DNA of 64,000 bases from Yuukianura sp. NJ FZ-2021 (taxonomy: Eukaryota), in contig CM102290.1 of the NCBI GenBank assembly GCA_046563655.1, forward strand, positions 13,020,001-13,084,000. The letters are read 5' to 3'. The position numbers and the translations under genes were made by a program. Positions within the stretch are counted from its first letter, which is position 1. Each line of letters opens with the position of its first letter. The notes under the pieces are model-generated. The model saw nothing but the letters and a program-made list of their open reading frames with translations. It did no database searches and was not told the DNA's origin. This document shows positions 56,561 through 64,000 of the stretch, one piece after another.

Positions 56561-58745
56561 CTCACAACCAGTTCCTCGAAATCCATCAAAACATAGGCAT
56601 GATCACTGATCATTCCAAATGCTTCCAATTTGCAAGCATTAGCGAAGCATATATTCAAACTACTTCGTCGCTGCTAAATAACGAAGTTGATGTGGGAGGA
56701 GTTTGTCAAGTGCCGATCAGAATTTAGGCCGAATTTCAAAATTTACAAGATTTTGTGATTTTTGCAACGATTTTAATTTTGGAAAAAGCATCGCTAAACC
56801 TTGATAATGCTGGACTTTAAATAATATTTGTGCATGAAACGGAAGACATTTGGAGCCGACATACTTTCAAGGTAAAATCAAAACTCCTTGATATTTTTTT
56901 AGTTAATCACGACTTTCCTTGCATTGCGTTTCTTCCCCCTAAAGGCACCGACTTTACTAAAGTGTAAAACACATTTCTCCCTCTCCACTGGCACATTGGT
57001 GAGTAACCACCAAATATTTGAAACAAACGAACAACGCTTCGGTGCGGTTCCAATCGGGATATGCTCGACAACATCAAAAAACCACTGTTTTTTGTATCAA
57101 GCGAAACATTCTTTACTATGGCTGAAAGAACGCTATTATGCAATACGATTCACCACCAACATTAGTTCCGAGCTTACTAATGCTAAAAAACTTATTGTCC
57201 CTAAAACGTGTTTCTTCACTTTTAGATTTTTTCACACCTCTTTTTTTAAATCAATTTTCCATACGGTTATTCAATTCTAACCGCGTTGCAAATTTAAAAT
57301 TGAAAAATACGAGTCATGCGGATTCGTAGAATTTGAACAAGCAAAGGAATATTTGCACATCTTTGAATTGTTTCAGTTTCTGTACTCGGTTGGGCGTTTG
57401 CGTTTCACAGTGAGTGTTCCACTTTATCCAGCCATTTCTTCCAGATAAAACCGGATGAAATATATTATCCACTGGACGAATTCGAACGCTCCCAGTTGAC
57501 TGACATTTAGTGAACTCGTTTTACCTTCCATTACGAAGATTTACAAAATTTAGTGAACCATACCCAAACCCTAAACTCGGGAGTAAATCTAGTACAAAAA
57601 TATAAGGTAACGCACGTCATCAGTAGCATAAGAAAAAATGGATATTCAGCAACTCTGAGTGTGTCTGATTGACAGACAGACAGACAAGGTAGATTCATAA
57701 AGTAGTTTTTACTATTTAATAACAGGCGAGAATGCCCATTACTCCCATTCCATTCTCTACTCACGAACTGTCTGGAGTCATTTTCAAACAAATAAAAAAG
57801 CAGTTTCGTGTAAAAAGTTGGGTAGGCTCAGCATTCATGCTGAGCTGAATTAGAAGTACCTTACTCCAGTTCTCAAACAAAATCAACCAACCAAAAAAAA
57901 TTGTACTTTGCGCATGTACGAATTTATTAACAACGTAGATTATAAATTGAGTAGTAAAGTCACTAAAAACCTCCTCTAATTATCAGAATTTTCAGATTCC
58001 GCAGAATTCTTCGGCATTGGCTCCAATGTCTTGTACTTTGTCTGAATCCTTAAAAATATTGCCCGCAAAAGTCTTTTTGAAAACGCCTACCGCCGGAACT
58101 GTGAGAATTGAAAACTTTTTTACTTTTTACTAAAAATGAAACAACTGAAGTGGAAAAAGCCGGCTTTTTCTTTTCAAATCTGCGTTGTCAGAACCACTAG
58201 ACCTGACAAAGCTTTTTTTTTGTTCGAAATTTAAAGTTTCCGGATAACAAACAAAATCGGTTTAATTTAAACTGGAATGCAGACGACTTAAGTTTTAAGA
58301 CTTCTGGAAATGGCATGTGGAATGTCATCCTGAGACTTTTAAACGACTCTGATGGTTTTCTTTATTGACACTCCGCAACAATAGACAGGATTCTCATTTC
58401 CCTCCAATTTTACATTCGTCCCACTAATTTGTGGTCGAGATGAGAACAATCGCCACTTTTTCGTTAACAAAATTTCCCAAGTTCGAGGTTCTCATAACAA
58501 AGGGAAGGGCGGAGGATAAAAATAAATTGCTTCTTACAACACCAGAAGCTGCTCCTGGCTTTTCAGCAAACCCAGCATATGCTTTATGGCTTTAGTAAAT
58601 TTACGGTTACAAAATTTGACACAAACAGATTCAAATACATTCGAATTTAGAAGTAAAAATTATTACAAAATATTTTACAAAATTACAAATCCCAGAAAAT
58701 TATTAAGCCCAGAAAAAATCCTGGAAAATTCCAAAATCCCAAATA

Positions 58746-58952
58746 CAGTAAATCCTCTCAAATTGCAACTCGCTGTGATTGGTTGGTTTAAATTGCCGCC
58801 TACCGTAAACGTCCGAATTACAAGGCATCACAAATATTGGAACGCCCAAAGTGTTGACGCAGTTGATTTGTTTAAAATTTAGCTCCCTCCAAAAACTTTA
58901 GGTTTTACGGTATTGCACGGGAAAAAATGTTGCCATTTGAGCGGGTTTACTG
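58746..58952. mobile_element. MITE, TA-flanked CAGT...ACTG family
   Basis: ta|cagtaaatcctctcaaattgcaac ... gttgccatttgagcgggtttactg|ta. Confidence 0.8.
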
Positions 58953-61900
58953 TAAGATATTTTTTTTTGTTGGGAACTGGAAGAAATGCATAGTCCACAA
59001 CTTTAAGACAACTTTAACATGCGCGTGCGCGTTCCTTGTGTACAACATGCAGTGATGCATCACACCGGTAGCGTTGCAAGGCTCAAAGATCATTTTAATT
59101 ATAAATTAGACTTTGTGGCTCGAGTCTGCACAAGTTCTGTCGGCAAAATCCTGGTAGAACGGAAGCTATAAGATTTGGGATATCATGAACCATTACAATC
59201 AGTTTCTTCACCTTTCCGTTCCCGTTGGTTACCAGGACGGAAGACGAGTAATGACCAAAAATTTTTGAATGAGCAAGTTGTTTAGCAGGCGATCCAGTTG
59301 AAGAGGAAGACATGTTCCTTGGAGGGTAAGGGAAACAGGTTTTGGCCGGAAGTCGATGAAACTGAGTGGGTTCCGCTTGGCGTATGCCTAGGCAGAAATA
59401 ATGATCGTGTAGGAGAACTAACCAGCACACCAGAACCACGCCTGGCTGTGCCAAAAAATGGAAAGTTTTCACCCGTTCATCCATTCATGCCCTCCTGTCC
59501 ATGCTTTTTGTTTGTTCGGTTGGAAATGTTCAGAAAGTCAACGGATGCACAACACTCCCCTATATACTCCCTTATACCTACTACTTTTTTAACAATAAGG
59601 CGATGCTGGCAAGGTAATTACGGCCTGTCGAATTACAGACTAGATTAATCTCTCTACCGGTGTTACTAGGCATTATGTTTGGTTCAGAATGCATACCATG
59701 TGGAACTTAAAGGCTCCAAGGCTTAATCGATTTAACTACAAAATGAAAATTTACTTACCGTAGATTACTTCAATCTTATAAACATTGTATTAAATATAAA
59801 TGTAATTGCTATTTACATGTAATACAATTTGTATTGCGGTATATATTTCTATTTGTTCTAAAATATTTTTATATAAACTTCTTTTTTCAGTTTTAAAATT
59901 CCGACGTTAATTCCAAGTCTTTCGAAATTACATAACTTATTATATGGGAAAAATTTCGCTTTAATTAGTGTTCGGAATGATGTATAACGGAAGGTATATT
60001 TGGAACCAATACTTGAGCCAATACTTGGAAAATCACGGTACAATTATTGGTGAAATTGAACAAAACACATGCGGTTACACCGGATAGTAAGGAAAGTTAG
60101 TAAAAAAGATAGGCTTACAAACTTTGTTTAATACTTGTGTTAAACATGTACGAGATACGAATACAAAATTCAACTACGGTAACAATAAGAATTTTACCGC
60201 AAAAACTCAGAATATTACGCAAATACTTAGATTTGATGGTTCCGTTTAATATGTATTATTTTATATTACAATATTTTTTTGCTTCTACTTTTGACACCCT
60301 CAAAGCCAAACAACCAAAAAACCTAACACTTTCAAAGAATTTTGCTGCTGAGACTGAAATATTTGTGGCGCTACTGGATTGATTTGACCTTGAGGCTTGT
60401 CCGGGGGTCAGCATTATTACTACTACCAAAATTTGAACTGTGCCTGTCACTTTCAAGAAAAAACGAAAAAAAGAAAGGAGGGGTGCGGCTGTACTTTCCC
60501 GCACGCGACCCGCCCATTTGTCTTCGTTTAAAATGCCAAAGTACACAATCAGCCGCAGTGACTTTTCCATGGCAACTCCAAGTACACAACATAAAGACAC
60601 GAACTTTGAAGTCCCAGGGTGGCACAAACTCCTCTTTCTACACAAAAGAGTCAAAAACACCTTTGAAAAGAAGGCGAAGACAGGGGGAAAGTTTGGTCAT
60701 AACACTTCAAATGGTGAAAGCAGAGGCCTGTACACAATGGCTATTGCGTTTCTTAGTGGATTCTTTGGTTTAAAAGGTGAAGAGATGCTGTTTGAAGAGG
60801 CGGAGGCTGAAGATGCGGATGAAAGAAGAGGGTGGGTTCAGCTCAGAGACCAAAACCAAATCGACCCAATGATAGCAATGACCCCGAGTCGACTCACAAC
60901 ACTAAATGCAATGTTACGGCAATATTGGCACACGCTTCGGTTGCAAATTGGTCCAAATCATCAACTTTTAATATTTCATGTTTAATATTTCGAATTCATG
61001 AGGTTATAAGTCACAGTTTTTTGTAAAGTGACATAATATAGCTCCAAATTTTTTATGTACGGCGGTAAATTGGTGTACTATGTACTATGTACCACTCCGT
61101 TCTCACCTTGTTTTTTCAATTTTCTGAGTTTTTGTGTCATGCATCATTTATCAACACAGTGCTATACAATCTCACACAAAACAGAAAAGTACACAGAAAA
61201 CACTCAAACGTACAATAGAACAACGGCGTAAGTTTCAAACCGGCATTTTGGGAAAATTCATTAAAAACAATTTTCAAAAGGCGGTGTGCTTGGTTAAATT
61301 TGAAAATTGGATTAATTTGTATAGCAATTGAGGAGGGATGGATAAATTTCTGGGTTTTTTACTTTCTCTACTTTTTGCTGTTTAACTTAAGGTCATGAAG
61401 GCACTTATAGTAGTGCTAAGTTTTTATTTAGAAATACAAATGACATTTTAAATTTAGCCAACATTTGTGTAACTGGTTTGTTTAGTAATGGTACTTTACC
61501 GTATAATTCTCCCAAAAATGAATACAAGAATCCTTTTTTTTACTGCATAGACAGTATATATCCAAAGTCATTCTTGTCAAAGTTGTCCAAAAGGCGAGGC
61601 CTGCTTGGAGCAGAATACTTTTGGGAGGTATATTTCACTTTTTGCAGTGTCCTCGTCACCGCTCCCGAACTTTTTTAAGTAGAAGTAGACACGAGGGGAG
61701 GAGTTTCACCGCCCTCGGCGTTGCGTAGTCTTCACTATTCACTCTTTTTCTCCCTCTTCCCAGGGATCAGTTTTACATTTCTTCACATTGTTAATCCAGA
61801 CTTGGGACTTTGCGCTTCTACTGCTCAAAGGCTCTAAATATTCAATATTCTTCGATTCTTCGACTCCCACCACCCCTTTCTCCAACTTCTAAGCAAAGAA

Positions 61901-63772
61901 AGTAACGCGGTAAAAGAAAGTTTTTTGTTGCCAATTCCTTGTGCCAGTGCGACATTTTAAGACTTTACTTTTAGATTTACTGTCGTGGGAACTACATAGT
62001 CTTGTACTGAAACTGGGGGAGTGAGAAGAGTAAATTGTCGTGGTTTCCAGCAGGAGTAGTCTCTTACAATGCTGTTGAAGTTGCAGGCGGGACAGGTGCG
62101 TGAGAGGCTTTACGGGAAATATGAAAGTCATTCGGAGTGAAACAAAAGTCTGTTTCCAGTTTCTGTTTTCTCATCTTCTATTTTTTATTGAGTTATTGGG
62201 TAAAAATGTACTTTGGATTTGGTACGGTATCCCCTCATCCCTATAAAAAATGGGTTCTAACACGAAGCTTCTGTTTCATTTATATTTATACTACGGCAGT
62301 ATACAATGTTCTGCCAGGGAAAAATGTGCACCTTTCCACAGTTCATTCACCGCCGTGTCCAGAACCAGGCAATGCCACTTGTGTTTCAAATTTGAGCACA
62401 ATATTTCAATATACTAGTGTTTTAGCAAAATTTACGTCGGCCAATACGTATATAGTACACACAACAAAAATGTAAAATTTTGTTCTAAAATTTCAACCGT
62501 AAACCTTTTTTAAGCGTTTCCGTTTTTCACTGTATCCAACATTGATTTTGAACGTTCCAGAACTGGAGTAACCTTTGAAAATTTGATTTTGTGAAGTGGA
62601 GAGGTCAAGTTTGGGTTAAAAACGAATCTCGGTGGGTAAATTTCAGTTTTGAACGAATTTCCAATTGTAGAGTTTTCCCGGAGAAAGTCATTGGGTTTTG
62701 GGGTGTTTCTTTTAGTTTTGGCTAATAATAGTCCGTAAGTGGCGACTATAATTAGTCTATATGTGTATGTTAACCTATGGGTCATCGCCTCCTCATTAGG
62801 AAATATCGTTAAGGAAATGTACTTATTCGTCAAACCATGGAGAGTTAACTGTCCTTTTCATAATTGTTTCAGTTGGATGCACCAAGTTGTCAAAACCCTG
62901 CGTTTGTTTAAACTTCAAATCAGTTAGAGTGTGGACTTTCAATAAGGAAAGAGGCACTGGACAATACAAAAGTAAGTACTGTGTATGCAAAACATATTAC
63001 ATAGCTTTTAGATTCATGAACAGTTTTTTAAAGTTAACATTTAAAGTTCGATAATTTTAAAGTTCCGATCCAACCTCAACTGACTTCATTGCGTAAACTT
63101 TTTTTTAATTATCCAGCTCCAGAAATTTGGCACGTCGGATATTTAAACAAAACGGGAAGAATAGCATTTGAATTGATGCGTCATTTGATTTAACACAAGT
63201 TTTTGTTTCTATGAAATTTGTACGAGTTATTGTTGTACATACAGTTCGGGGATTAGCTCGTTTTCATTCGTTTAGAACAAAATTTCCTCCTGTAGAAGGG
63301 AATTAATCTCTTTCCACAGAAATGTATGAATTCAAACTCAAACTTTGAAATTTTGAAAATCAATTGGAAGTCGAGGCCTTTTATATGGAGCCGCTATTTT
63401 CATACCGTCAATATCGGATTTCAAGATCAGAATTTTAAAACTAGACAAGAGCTATGCCAACACAAACTAAATTGGACCTTTACCGCTATTACTCAAATAC
63501 TGAGTTTGAAATGCAGAAAAAGATAAGTTCGCTGAAATGAATGGAGTAACTAAACTCAAATTTGAGTTTATGGAACTTGCCAGTATGCCAGATATAAGCG
63601 AATGACAAACGTTACGATTAGTATTGCCGGAGTTTTACCTCAATTCAAACGGTTCACACAGTGACCGGACTGACTCATACGGAGCGTTGTTTGATACGTT
63701 TAAAAATAGCAAATTTTTTTGCCGCTAAGCCAAAGTCTTGCTGTGATTTGCATTCATACGATAGTAAACTGT

Positions 63773-64000
63773 TCATTTTGAGCGCCAACGTTGGGCACTA
63801 TTTCTCTGTGAAATGAGGTTTCGCATCCTATTGATTTCGTGTGTGACGCCAAGCATTGAAACGTGGGAAGCAGGGATGGATGTGGCATTGAAATTCGGAA
63901 ACCGTGTCCAAAAGTTGAATGACAAAATCATGGATTCCAATGGAATCACTTTGGATTCGCTTCTGAAAGTCAATGAATCTGGAATTGTTTGGGCTTTAGC
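63773..64000 (-). CDS. Possible terminal exon of a gene extending beyond the window
   Basis: The frame is open from the window edge (AKAQTIPDSLTFRSESKVIPLES...) to TGA at 63773. No family recognised. Confidence 0.25.
   Translation of the reverse strand, partial: AKAQTIPDSLTFRSESKVIPLESMILSFNFWTRFPNFNATSIPASHVSMLGVTHEINRMRNLISQRNSAQRWRSK

Noticed and set aside
60256..61026. Overlapping 134-181-aa ORFs on both strands
   Set aside because: Non-ATG starts, no recognisable motifs or splice structure. More like UTR or regulatory sequence.

Overview
Gene-dense, AT-rich eukaryotic DNA with short GT-AG introns. Gene content and intron size point to an arthropod, possibly a springtail-like hexapod (inference only). 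Recognisable spliced genes, left to right: 3' end of insulin-degrading enzyme (+), ST7 (-), MAST kinase (-), MuSK/Nrk-type receptor tyrosine kinase (+), NIPSNAP (-), two small 4-TM genes, an unusual 10-exon gene at 27300-30231, a CYP2-clan P450 (-), thymine DNA glycosylase (-), a Ly6/quiver-like protein (-), ALAS (+), Ubc13/bendless (-) and CaMKI (+). The last ~10 kb is mostly non-coding or unassigned. The best lead is the 27300-30231 gene. By manual splicing it encodes one ~704-aa protein joining basic TPKR repeats, an RPA70-like OB fold, an RPA70 DBD-C-like zinc-ribbon OB fold, an acidic linker and a C-terminal caspase (C14) domain with the His/Cys dyad retained. It is a candidate ssDNA-activated protease. 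Other leads are duplicated alternative calmodulin-binding exons in CaMKI, a P-element-like MITE family with 8-bp TSDs, several other MITE families and minimal hairpin elements. All exon models were read by eye and no database searches were run.
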